The position numbers and the translations under genes were made by a program. A stretch of DNA of 64,000 bases from positions 228,532,001-228,596,000 of the forward strand of contig OZ024740.1 in the NCBI GenBank assembly GCA_964016885.1, written 5' to 3'. Below are positions 11,901-22,917 of the stretch, piece by piece. Under the pieces are notes generated by a model. It did no database searches and was not told the origin of the DNA. It saw nothing but the letters and a program-made list of their open reading frames with translations. Every line of letters starts with the position of its first letter. The first letter of the stretch is position 1. Origin of the DNA: Eledone cirrhosa (lineage: Eukaryota).

Positions 11901-12430
11901 CCTGGCAGTGCTACCGAGGAGCTCTACCAGTTCGAGACAAGCTCTACAGACATGGGCGCCCGGGCAGGGACCCTTCGAAAAAGATCTGTCCGAGATGCGT
12001 GCGCGACGAAGAAACCGTCGCGCACGCATTCATACACTGCCCGGGCGTTACCGACCTGTGGGGCTATGTAGAACGACTATTATCGCGAGTGGGACCAATC
12101 CGGTTGACCACCGAGTCCATTGTCCTGATCAAACCGCCACCCTCCTTCAAAAACGAAGGAGAGGCGGTTTTCCTTTGTGTTATGGTTATGGCGAAAGAGG
12201 TTGTATGGTGGACAAGGTTGAAAGGGCTGAGGTCAGACACCTTTCTCTCCGGCGAACAACTGATTCTTTTTTTCAAATACCGCTTTGGAAGAAGAATCAG
12301 GATGGAGAGAGAGGTGCTGTACCCCAGCAAGTTTTATGAAATGTGGGTGAAAGTGGCGAGAATGGCCCGAGTGAATGGGCCTTCTCTCTATATCAGCCTG
12401 TATGGGCCTTCTCTCTATATCAACCTGTAG
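8998..12430 (+). pseudogene. Tx1-like ORF2 (APE-RT-CCHC), broken by frameshifts and stops
   Basis: The colinear ORF pieces run from 8998-9264 to 11777-12430. There is a ~29-bp tandem duplication at ~9220-9280, a 27-bp duplication at ~12375-12428 and a small deletion at ~11386. Confidence 0.93.
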
Positions 12431-12818
12431 GTTGAGGAAAAAAGGGAAGAGAGGAAAGGGGTACAAACTCTTCGTACTCCTGGAGATGAGGGTTGCACAT
12501 TTTTTCGGGGGTATGTGTTACCCATATAAAATGTCTCCCCCTATTGGGGAAAAGCGATTAATTTTTAAATTGCATTTGTGATAACATTTTACACGTTTTT
12601 ATTGTATGTAAACTTCCCCCTTTGTATTTGTCCCCTTCTTTTGTGCCCCTGTGGCTAATAAAGAAACATATATATCTATCCATCTGTCTCTGTCTATCTA
12701 TCTGTCTGTCTGTCTGCCTCTCTGTCTGTCTGTCTGTCTGTCTGTCTATCGGTCTGTCTGTCTGTCTACCATACATACATACATACATACATACATGCAT
12801 ACATGCATACATACATAC

Positions 12819-13444
12819 ATGACGATGATGATGATGGCAGCCACCTCACGTTGAAGTATAGCCATCACTTGAACTTTCAAACACACTTCTCTGTTTGTGT
12901 AGCCATGGATGTAACTTTTTAGGCCAGCAACAGTCCTACATTCTCTGGCACAGATGTTACAGACATGGTCTTTGGCAACAGAAATTCGTGGCTTGTTGCC
13001 ATGTACTTTCATGCACCGTTTCAGGCCTCCTGATGATTGGCAGACTTTACCACATTGATGGCAGATTGTTATACCATCCACACCAACGTAATCTGCATCA
13101 GCCCTTCTTACAAGGCTCCTTTTGTGAGACAGACTCTCTCAAACTCATTGAATATCAGCTCTGCTTAGTCCCCCACGCTTCCTGGCATTTCCACTTTTAT
13201 GCATCCATTTTTAATCTTTCATAATTTCTTCGGGTTGTTTCAAAGTGTACTTTCTCTTCATATACAGCTCCCCTCCACGGTGTTCGATCATTGGAAGCTT
13301 GTATTCTCAGTCTACATCGAAGATAGCAGCCATCATCAGAGACTTTTTCACACAGTCCTTGAACCTCATCTTTGGTTTATGAGGTGAAAATGTGCAATCC
13401 CTCAGTTCACCATAAAGGATTTATTTCGGCAATCTACTGTCCTC
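12819..13444 (-). mobile_element. 5'-truncated RTE LINE (C-terminal zinc fingers and 3' end)
   Basis: CHQCGKVCQSSGGLKRCMKVH and CNICARECRTVAGLKSYIHG are homologous to the C-terminus of the RTE at 23.9-27.6 kb. The 3' end ATGGCTATAC..GAG..GCCATCATCAT is shared. Confidence 0.85.
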
Positions 13445-13532
13445 CATACATACATACATACATACATACATACATACATACATACATACATACATACATA
13501 CATACATACATACATACAAAGTATATATTATA

Positions 13533-13722
13533 TAGGTCTAGAACTGTTTCATTTGTATGAAATGACCAGAAATGTCCTGGTGATTTCATACGAATGAAAC
13601 AATTCTAGGCCCATCTTCTCTACTAACGTATTGAGTTATTGAGTACTTTTCAGAAAACCATCCTTAATTTGTATATAAACTAGACAAATCCAGTTGATTC
13701 TCCAAAGGAGAATCAACTGGAT
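13533..13722. repeat. Two hairpins; the first is a head-to-head pair of degenerate hammerhead-like motifs
   Basis: 13535-13569 is inverted at 13577-13611 (CTGGTGA-TTTC ATAC GAAT-GAAAC-AATT-CTA). A perfect hairpin ATCCAGTTGATTCTCC-AAA-GGAGAATCAACTGGAT lies at 13688-13722. Confidence 0.65.
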
Positions 13723-13737
13723 ATGTACTTGGAGATA

Positions 13738-13978
13738 GATAGATAGGAATACTTAGATACAGAAAGAGTAATACATAGATAGGTACAAATCAATCTGTGT
13801 GTGTTGTAGAAGCTAATGTTTTATTTCGCTGTCATTTCCAGCAAAACCAATTCCCACCACGTTGATAGATAGATGGGAAAACATATAGAGAGAAAGAGTA
13901 ATAGATACAACTCAATCTGTGTGTGTGTGTGTATGTGTGAGTGTTGTAGGAGCTAAGGTTTTATTTCGCTGTCATTTC
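13738..13978. repeat. Imperfect ~120-bp direct duplication downstream of the Helitron helicase
   Basis: AGAAAGAGTAATA..TCAATCTGTGTGTG..TTGTAG(A/G)AGCTAA.GTTTTATTTCGCTGTCATTTC occurs twice. Confidence 0.7.
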
Positions 13979-14059
13979 TCGCAAGACAGGTTACCACAAC
14001 AAAACTCTTTACGCCGTGTACAACAAACAGGCACACAGACAAATAGATAAAGGACCAAC

Positions 14060-16090
14060 AAATAAGTCTTGTAAACTACCCACCATAGAGCAACCAACGT
14101 AAAGTTGACCACGAAAAAAGCAAAGCTAACTTAAGTGCAAGCCAGTAGATTTCAATGTTTGACCTTCAGTTTTATTGATAGACATTGCGAAGCAAATTCA
14201 CACTGGGAGTTATGTTAGTTCTTGAACTCAAATGGCATGTCCGTTGGTTTGATTGGAATTCTTGTAATTAAAACAACTTCCCCAGAGATGATGATAGCTT
14301 CAATCGCATTAGGTGATAATGTCTTCACAATCAACCTTTTCCCATTGCATAATTTAGGATGATCTAAATTTTTTAGAAGCATTATTGGGACTTCAACCTT
14401 CAGGAAAAGTTGATGTGAAAGAGTTCCAGGTGGCTTAAGAGAATTAAGGAACTTTGTTGGGTAGTGGACGGCTTGATTTTCATCAAGGACTGAATCAACT
14501 GATTTGTATTTCTTAATTACTGTTGGAATCTTATTCATTAACTCATGGTTACTGTCTCATTTTTTAGCGAGAATTGCCCTTTCACGCAATCATTTGTGTG
14601 AATTATAAGAAGTTCCCTATTCTTCAATTCAGCTTGCAAATCCACCATGATAGCAATATGAGCCAAGTTGATATAACCATTCCCATCAGTGGTACTGTCC
14701 CATTTCCTAAATGAAGGAATCGAGTTGGAGACTGTTCTGTACATTAGTCGCTGTGTAATAAAGCTCGTATGTTAGTATTGAAGGAGGAATTCCGTACTCT
14801 ACTCCATAACTGCGAAGACTTAATTCATGCTTTTATTTCGTCCGCTCTTGTTCCTCTCGTAATGACTGGTAATGTCTGTCTGATGTCTCCTTATAAAACT
14901 AATGTAACTCCTCCCATAGATGTATTGTTGTTTCTTATATCCTGTAAGGTCTTATCAAGAGCTTCGATTGCGCCTCTCTGTGACATACGTGGTGCATTCA
15001 TCTCAAATGGTCAGATGACATTGGCGCAACACTTCTGCTGAACCTGAGCCTTTGCTTATGTTTCAAATTCAATTGTCATTTGTAACCAGGTTTAGTGGTA
15101 ATTTAAAAGCAGAATGAGCTGTTCGTCCTTCTGAGAGAAGGGTGGTAGCAATGCCAGACGATGCTACAGCAAGTGTAATTGTTTTTTGTTGCCTTACCTT
15201 GGAGGTAAGCAATGTTGTTACAAATGTTTTACCTGTGCAACCTGGAGCAAAGAAAATTCCTCTGACTGACGAAATGATTTCATAATATTCATAGCGTTGT
15301 TCTGGAAGATGTTTCTGCTCATGTTCAGTCACAAATGCAGCCAACTTTGTGATGTCATAATTTGTCTCTCTTTCAAACTCTCTTGACGGTTTGTTTTTGG
15401 CAGTCCAGAACCAGACTCTTGCAAATTCTTGCCTCTTATGGCCCAAATTAATCCTTAGTTTCAATCAGTGCCTGATTGAAAATTTCTTCACATAACTTAA
15501 TATTGATTCCTGGGTTTGCCTGCATACTTTAAGTCTCCAGCCATGTCCTCTTGATGTTTCATCCAAAGCTGTAGGGGACTGCCAATTTGGCACATGTTCA
15601 GCACAATGGCAAAAGGGTTACAGAATTTCCTTGGCGAATCCGACACTGATGCTTCAGTCAATGCAAGGTCCCAATGATCATCATTTTCCTATAAACCTTT
15701 TTGATAGTATGCTTTCCTATAAGTTTCACACGCATGACCATTTACCCTCCTGAAACCTTGGAATGATTTGAGACCACGTACTTCATGCAAAAGGATCAGT
15801 TGAATGATGGCTGGGTGCCTCTCATGAATGGGAAAATTGAAGATGCGCCAAAAAGCCTCATTACTACTGATTACCTTTCTCTCTCACAGTGTCCAGCTTC
15901 GTCATTTATGTTTATCTGCTGACGGCTATTCTAAATAAGAGTAAGTTGCAGCATGTAAACCTTTCTTGACATATTTGCAAACATACATAATAGACTTAAC
16001 AGAACTGCAGAATTTAACATTGATATGAGCTTTGAAAGTTCTTGTAAGAAGAGGACAGTAGGGTACAACCCATCGATTTCCCATTTCTCA
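14060..16090 (-). mobile_element. Helitron RepHel remnant (Rep C-terminal part plus Pif1-like helicase), heavily disrupted
   Basis: Motifs in order: INVKFCSSVKSIMYVCKYVKKG; SNEAFWRIFNFPIHERHP; APGCTGKTF..AVASSGIATTLLSEGRTAHSAFKLPL; GDIRQTLPVI; PIMLLKNLDHPKLCNGKRL; FAMSINK. Confidence 0.92.
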
Positions 16091-16675
16091 TGTTTTCGAA
16101 GTTAATCCACCATGCCAAGGTGTTCTGTCTCTTTTTCGTTCTGTGTTTCTCTCTCCCTCTCTCTCTCGCTCTCGCGCGCTCTCTCTCTCTCACGCACACA
16201 CACATCTCACTTTGCCTTTCTATTACTTTCTCTCTATTTCTCCCCCACCCCCCGTCACTGCCATTGTGGAACAGATATACAAATACACAGATATCTGCAA
16301 ATATTACATAGATTAACATATAAATGGCTGAGTATTCCACAGACATATGAACACAAGGCAATTTTTAAGCCGAATTATTGAACAGAAATAGAAATTTGTT
16401 GACTCTACGTCTTGGTAAGACCGACATTATCCGTTGTTGTGGGTGATGAAAAAACAAAACATTTATAATAATATTAAATAAAATTAATAAATGGGCCAAA
16501 AACAAATTTTAAAAATTTGTTTAAAAACTGCAGAGACAATTTCTACGCCCATAAAATGTGTGTGTGTGTGTGTGTGGGTGTGTGAGTGTGTGTGTGAGTG
16601 TGTGTGTGTGTGTGTTCGTATACATGTTAGTCTATGTATATAAACAAACTCCATAGTCTTTACTGGACGAATGAG

Positions 16676-17406
16676 TCTATATATATAAAACAGGATGTCT
16701 GTCTGTGTGTCTGTTTCCCTAAAACTCGAGAAGTACCCAACCGTTTTTTTTCAAACTTTACACATGTAACCCGTATGGCCCCGGAAGTGTTTAGCAAAAA
16801 AAAAAATTCAAATTATTCTGTCCTAGGGATCGAATTAGTGAAGTGGCCAATGTCTGTACATAATGAGGGAGTGAGAGGGGAGAGAAAGAAACGGAGAGGC
16901 GAAGTGAAGAAGTGGCTCTCTACTACTCCTCCTCCTTCTCCCCATTCGTCACAGAGTTTTTCGATAGAGGGAGAAATGTGAACGAGTTACAGAGAGAAAG
17001 AGTGAGAGTGAAAGAAACAGACAGACTAAAAGAGTGGGATAGCGGGAGAGAGAGAGAGAGTGACAGACGCCGTCTTTTGAGAGTTGTATGCGTCAAAGAT
17101 ACATGACAGTGGAATAACTATTGCGTGTGTGTGTGCGTGCGCGCGTGTGTGTGTGAGTTTGTGTGCGTTTGCATGCATGAGCGATTATAAACTCTCTCGC
17201 ATGGTCTGATGGAATTAACCCTTTACTCTATATATACTATATTATTTTCATGGTAAAGGCTTTATCTCACATAATATAAAAATCTCATAGATTTAATATT
17301 ATTTATTTTGAGAACAATACCTTAACCCTTTAGTATTAATGTGAGTGAGTTATAAAGAGAAAGAGTGAGAGTGAAAGAAACAGACAGACTAAAAGAGGAG
17401 GATAGC

Positions 17407-17439
<33 letters not shown>

Positions 17440-17977
17440 GCTGGAAGAGGGGAAGGAAAGCTATATGTCTTGCTGTATGCATTACGATACATATATATAC
17501 ACACACTGATCGCGTCATAATGACGTAATGCAGACAGCCAGACATACAGACAGATATTATAAGGGCATCGGTAGAGGGTCGGACGCCATGCTTTCCAGCA
17601 TAGTTACGTCCCTTTACGATCTGAGTTCAAATCCTGCCGAGGTTGACTTTGCCTTTCCTCCTTACGGGGTCGATAAAATAAAGTACCAGTAATGCACTGG
17701 CTAATTGCTGGCCTTGTGCCTAAAGTAGAAACAATTATAAGGGTGCAAATATTCAAATCCCGCCGAGGTTAACTTTGCCTTTCATCCTTACGGGGTCGAT
17801 AAAATAAAGTACCAGTAATGCACTGGAGTAATTGCTGGCCTTGTGCCAAAAGTAGAAACAATTATAAGGGCGCAACGTTATATCTATTTATCTATCTAAA
17901 AAGAATAAGGATAAATATATATCAAATATATAAGAACCCTACAGCAAATCCCGAGTAACGCCGGGCCATTCTGCTAG
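16676..17977 (+). mobile_element. Non-autonomous Helitron-like element with microsatellites, an internal duplication and nested SINEs
   Basis: The 5' end reads TCTATATATATAAAA. The 3' end has the hairpin CCCGAGTAACGCCGGG, then CTAG at 17974-17977 followed by T. An ~85-bp segment at ~16975-17060 is repeated at ~17338-17425. Confidence 0.7.
17562..17862 (+). mobile_element. Two tandem tRNA-derived SINEs (family A; the second is 5'-truncated)
   Basis: B box GAGTTCAAATCC, core TTTGCCTTTCATCCTTACGGGGTCGATAAAATAAAGTACCAG and tail GGCCTTGTGCC.AAAGTAGAAAC. ATTATAAGGG occurs at all three junctions. Confidence 0.88.
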
Positions 17978-18124
17978 TATATATATAAAATTACATATTC
18001 TTATATATACAAACATATTGAATATATTATTTACATTCGAGTAAAAATTAGCACGGATAAAAGTTTTTAAATTGCACTTGCCGAACACGAATTCAATGCG
18101 AATTATCAGTAATATATATATATA

Positions 18125-19038
18125 TATGAATAAAGTTAGTCCTTCATCAGTGATCTTCCAACCATCATTGGTATTTCATCGCTTTAAAGACCATATACTT
18201 CCGGTTGGTGCGAGCAACGGCTAAAAAAAAGTCGTTGGGACACGTAAATAAAGGGGACACGAGTGTAAACAAACAAAAATGGTGAAGCAACGAAAAATGA
18301 GGAAGAAGGAGTCAAGTCCCAATGATGTTTGGAATATCACTGATGAAGGACTAACTTTATTCATATGTAACCCTTTAGCAACCCCGCAGCACGTTTATTC
18401 TCATATTTACACATATTTTTTCCCCGCTGTTACCCGTCTAATTCGTTCTTACTGCTTCCTCTTTCTCTGTATCTTTACCCTTTCTAGCAGTCACTCTCTC
18501 TGTTAGCCTCTTCCTCACACTTCACTCACTCATTCTCTGTTACTATCTCTCCTCCTCCTCCTTCTTCCCGTTTGACCTGTGCGTAATTCTTTTCTTTCGC
18601 ACGCTTGGCCAGGCTGGTCGGCATTTTTTCTCTCTCTCGTCTACGATTTCACAGAACTTATGTTTACCGAATTCGCAGACTAGACCCCTTCTTCCTCCCG
18701 TTAGACCTGTATGGAATTCCTTCCTTGCTCACATTCCAACCAGGTTTGATGGTCTTTATTCTCTCTCGTTCACGATTTCACCGAATTTAAATTCATAGAA
18801 ATTTGGGACTTGACTCTTTCTTCCTCACTTTTCGTTGCTTCACCATTTTTGTTTGTTTACACTCGTGCCCCCCTTTATTTACGTGTCCCAACGACTTTTT
18901 TTAGCCGTTGCTCGCACAAACCGGAGGTATATGGTCTTTAAAGCGATGAAATACCAATGATGGTTGGAAGATCACTGATGAAGGACTAACATTATTCATA
19001 TGTAACCCATTAGCAACCCCGCAGCACGTTTATTCTCA

Positions 19039-19045
<7 letters not shown>
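18125..19045. repeat. Element with a ~200-bp inverted repeat plus an ~85-bp direct repeat (Penelope pseudo-LTR-like layout), flanked by (TA)n
   Basis: 18125-18323 is the reverse complement of ~18803-19001. ~18325-18408 is directly repeated at ~18957-19043 and contains CACTGATGAAGG. Confidence 0.75.
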
Positions 19046-19501
<456 letters not shown>

Positions 19502-19904
19502 GAGAACATTTATTGCATCCGTTAATCCCAAAGACACCAGCAAATGTTTATAGATGCATGAAGATATTGAATGTCTATTCAGGGTTAAAATGTCAGCGAT
19601 AAGATCACTACCGAAAAACATTTATTTTCCTATCGACAAACGAAACACGGAAAGAAACCCATAGAATATAGAATGAAATATCTTTATTTAAATTGATAGA
19701 GCAAGCGATAGAACCATGCATGAAAGAAATTTATAACAGCAAATAAAACATATTATACCTCATAAAACCAAACGCATAACATATAAACCAAATGTACACT
19801 AGTTATAGAATTTATGAACAAAATTACTGAAAAATTTCATAAAACAGCTTACAATCAACATTATATCTGATCATAAAAAGTCTAAAGTCTGTCTTCAGTC
19901 AGAA

Positions 19905-20159
19905 GGCTCATTTAGCCGGTGCGTATCCTGGTTTCATGGCGTGAAGCGACTGAGAGTACAAGACTCCCCCCTGGATAGGACGAGGGTCCATTGAAGGGTT
20001 AAACCCCCAGCTATTGCTGGTACTCATTTTCTGCTGAGTATACTGGAGTAACGTGTAATGAAGTGTTTTGCTAAAAGAACACAACATGCAACTCAGAAAT
20101 CGAACCCACGGCATTATGATCGTAAATCCAGCATCCTTACCACTAGGCTACATGCCTCC
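19905..20159 (-). mobile_element. tRNA-derived CORE-type SINE (family B)
   Basis: The minus strand has an A box (GGAGGCATGTAGCCTAGTGGTAAGG), a B box (GGTTCGATTTC) and a CORE-like stretch (TTGTGTTCTTTTAGCAAAACACTT). Confidence 0.75.
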
Positions 20160-20189
20160 ACATATCTGATCATAAACTTACAGTAATAA

Positions 20190-20570
20190 TAATGCCTTTT
20201 GATTTAGGTATAAGGTCAACAATTAGGTATAAGGTCAACAAAGTTGATTAAATTGACCCAGTGCGTTACTGCTACTTTATTTTAATAACCCCTTAAGGAT
20301 GAAAGGCGAAGCTAACCTCATTGGGATTTGAACTCAGAAAGTAAAGGGATGTAACTTAATGCTGCAAAGCATGTTGTCCGACGCTCTACCGATTCTACCA
20401 ATCCACTGCCCTGGTAAATAATATAATAGATTCTGATTTATGCAGAAGGTCAACATTTTTGGTGGGAGGAGAAAGTCGAATAAATCGACCTCAGTATGTT
20501 ACTGGTACTTTAATTTATCAACTCCGTAAGGATGAAATGCAAAGCCCGACAGAATTTGAACTCAGAAAGT
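20190..20570 (-). mobile_element. Two SINE family A copies (one full at ~20190-20412, one partial at ~20430-20570)
   Basis: Reverse complement of the family A head, B box and core. Confidence 0.8.
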
Positions 20571-20700
20571 AATTTTTTCTCTGTATGGTTTTTGCATATA
20601 AAACAACGGCTCGGGGTACTCATTTACATGCAATGCAAATAAAACATTAACTGGGGTTGCTCATTTTCATATAGAGCGAACATGACTAGGTAATATTAAT

Positions 20701-21527
20701 AAGGCAGTGGATTGGCAGTATCGGTAGAGGATCGGATGCCATGCTTTGAAGCATAGAGTTACCTCCCTGTATGATCTGAGTTCAAATCCCGCCGAGGTTA
20801 ACTTTGCCTTTCATCCTTCCGGGGTCGATAGAATAAAGCACCAGTAATGCATTGGGTAATTGCTGGCCTTGTGCCAGAAGTAGAAACAATTAATTAGGAG
20901 TTGCATTAGGGCGGTGGATTGGCAGTATCGATAGAGCGTCGGACACCATACTTTGCAGCACAGAGTTACGGCACTTTACGGTCTGAGTTCAAATCCCGCC
21001 GAAGTTAACTTTGCCTTTCATCCTTACGGGGTCGATAAAATAACGCACCAGTAACGTACTGCGGTCGATTTAATCAACTTCCCCCTGCCCCAAATTATTG
21101 GCATTGTGCCTATACTAGAAATCATTAATTAGTAGTTGCGAGGGCGGTGAATTGGCAATATCGGTAGAGGGTCGGTGCCATGCGTTGACGCATACTGTTA
21201 CGGCCCTTACCTTTCTGAGTTCAAATCCTGTCGAGGTTAACTTTGCCTTTCATCCTTACGGGGTTGATAAAATAAAGTACCAGTAATGCACTGGGATAAT
21301 TACTGGCCTTGTGCCAATAGTAGACACAATTAATTAGTTACATTGACATGCTTTGCGGCATAGTTACGTCTCTTTACGTTCTGAGTTCAAATCCTGCAGA
21401 GATTAGCTTTGCCTTTCACCCTTACGGGGTCGATAAAATATAGTACCAGTAATGCACTGGGGTTGATTTAATTGACTTTTCCCTCTCACAACATTGTTGG
21501 CCTTGTGCTTAAAATCAGAAATCATTA
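20701..21527 (+). mobile_element. Head-to-tail array of four SINE family A copies
   Basis: Copies lie at ~20701-20892, 20908-21126, 21141-21330 and 21346-21527 (the last is 5'-truncated). A box TGGCAGTATCGG, B box GAGTTCAAATCC. Confidence 0.9.
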
Positions 21528-21670
21528 ATTCGTAGTGGTTATAACTAGCGTGGTTCATAATAGGGGTATTGCTGCTTGTTTATAATACATACACATATCG
21601 TACATATACACCTCATATTAGGGGTATTATATGAAAGCATGTACAATATGTTTATCTACTAATATATAAT

Positions 21671-21856
21671 TGTTTCTACTTTAGGCACAAGGCCAGCAAT
21701 TACCCAGTGCATTACTGGTACTTTATTTTATCGACCCCGTAAGGATCAAAGGCAAAGTCAACCTCGGCGGGATTTGAACTCAGATCGTAAAGGGACGTAA
21801 CTATGCTGGAAAGCATGGCGTCCGACCCTCTACCGATACTGCCAATCCACCGCCCT
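21671..21856 (-). mobile_element. Young full-length SINE family A copy with a 16-bp target-site duplication
   Basis: TCTACTAATATATAAT occurs at 21655-21670 and 21857-21872. A and B boxes are intact. Confidence 0.92.
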
Positions 21857-21902
21857 TCTACTAATATATAATACCCTTGTGTATTTGTCCGTAACGCAGT
21901 AG

Positions 21903-22146
21903 AGATGACTGAGGAAGGAAGGGGTGATGACGTCGACTGAGGAAGGAAGGAGTGGTGACGTCGACTGAGGAAGGAAGGGGTGGTGACGTCGACTGAGGAA
22001 GGAAGGGATGTTTACGTCGACTGAGGAAGTGGTGCTGACGTCGACTGAGGAAGGAAGGAGTGATTACGTCGACTGAGGAAGGAAGGGGTGATAACGTCGA
22101 CTGAGGAAGGAAGGGGTGATGACGTCAACTGAGGAAGGAGGGGGTG
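21903..22146 (+). repeat. 28-bp minisatellite, about 9 copies (GACGTCGACTGAGGAAGGAAGGGGTG(A/G)T)
   Basis: CTGAGG occurs at 21909, 21937, 21965, 21993, 22021, 22045, 22073, 22101 and 22129. Confidence 0.95.
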
Positions 22147-22774
22147 TATTTGTATCACTTGCGTGAGTGAGCGCGAAGGAACCAACCAACAAACAAACAT
22201 CTTTTTTATGTTATGTATAGATATTACATTACGTCATTTTTGATAGCACGGGGCCAGCTAGTGTATAATAAACAACAAGTTGCAATAATACATCAAATAT
22301 ATCTGTCTACACCGACATTAAATATGTTAACTCCACGTCCCCTGTCTCTTAGAAATGGACAGTAACATAAACTAACAACAATCACTTTATCTGCTAGATA
22401 ATATTACAAATAAATATCTAAGACCTGCAGCGATACTTTCTCCAACAGCAATCAGGTTAATTCAGTATCAGACCCCAGGCTGTGTCGCTCAACAAGTTGA
22501 ATATTACAAGCTGTAAAAATACCGACAACATTTAAGAACTATTAAGAAAATATGGAAAAAAAAAAAATCTTTAATAAATACGAAAAAAATTAAAGAAAAG
22601 TTTTCTTTTTTAATAATACATAAACACGTGTTTTGGACACCCGCGGGTTCTGATGTTGAGTGTTTCAGTTGTTTGAGTAACAGAATAGCCTGTTTGGGAA
22701 AATAATGTGCAAATGGCTACGCATTCTACTGACACGTGCACTCTTAGTATAGTTCTCAAGATGATTCGGTGTGA

Positions 22775-22917
22775 CACAGCGTATGATAAAGCTGGGCTCT
22801 TCGAATTACAGGTATAACTCATTTTTGTAAGCTGGGTAGATTGGAGCCACGTGAAATAAAGTGTCTTGCTTAAGGATACAACGCACCGCCAGAAATCGAA
22901 TTCACGATCTTATTATC
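22775..22917 (-). mobile_element. Degenerate CORE-type SINE fragment (family B-like)
   Basis: CTCATTTTT..GCTGGGTAGATTGGAGC.ACGTGAAATAAAGTGTCTTGCT.AAGGA.ACAACG..AGAAATCGAA aligns with 20020-20105. Confidence 0.6.

Larger units (their letters stand above)
6720..12666 (+). mobile_element. Near full-length Tx1-like non-LTR retrotransposon, inactivated
   Basis: It has a 5' UTR, ORF1 with CYHCSSRGHLRASC, and ORF2 with APE motifs (NVRGL, SYLDRV, SDH, GPGYWKLN), RT motifs (FRPITLLN, KAFDR, RQGCPLS, YADD) and a C-terminal CPRC..ETVAHAFIHC. A 3' UTR ends in AATAAAGAAA. Confidence 0.95.
21655..22261 (+). mobile_element. Non-autonomous Helitron-like element carrying a 28-bp minisatellite, interrupted by a SINE
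   Basis: The 5' end is A|TCTACTAATATATAAT and the 3' end is GCACGGGGCCAGCTAG|T, consistent with A|T insertion and TC...CTAG termini. The 3' hairpin is incomplete. Confidence 0.6.

Noticed and set aside
11296-12339. 347-aa Arg-rich ORF as a separate gene
   Set aside because: It begins in the true ORF2 frame and continues out of frame after the deletion at ~11386. The real RT C-terminus is in ORFs 11423-11725 and 11777-12430.
12746-13081. Host C2H2 zinc-finger gene exon
   Set aside because: It is homologous to the RTE C-terminus and is followed by the RTE 3' end.
14215-15464. Host PIF1 helicase gene
   Set aside because: It is intronless, linked to Helitron Rep motifs, and riddled with stops.
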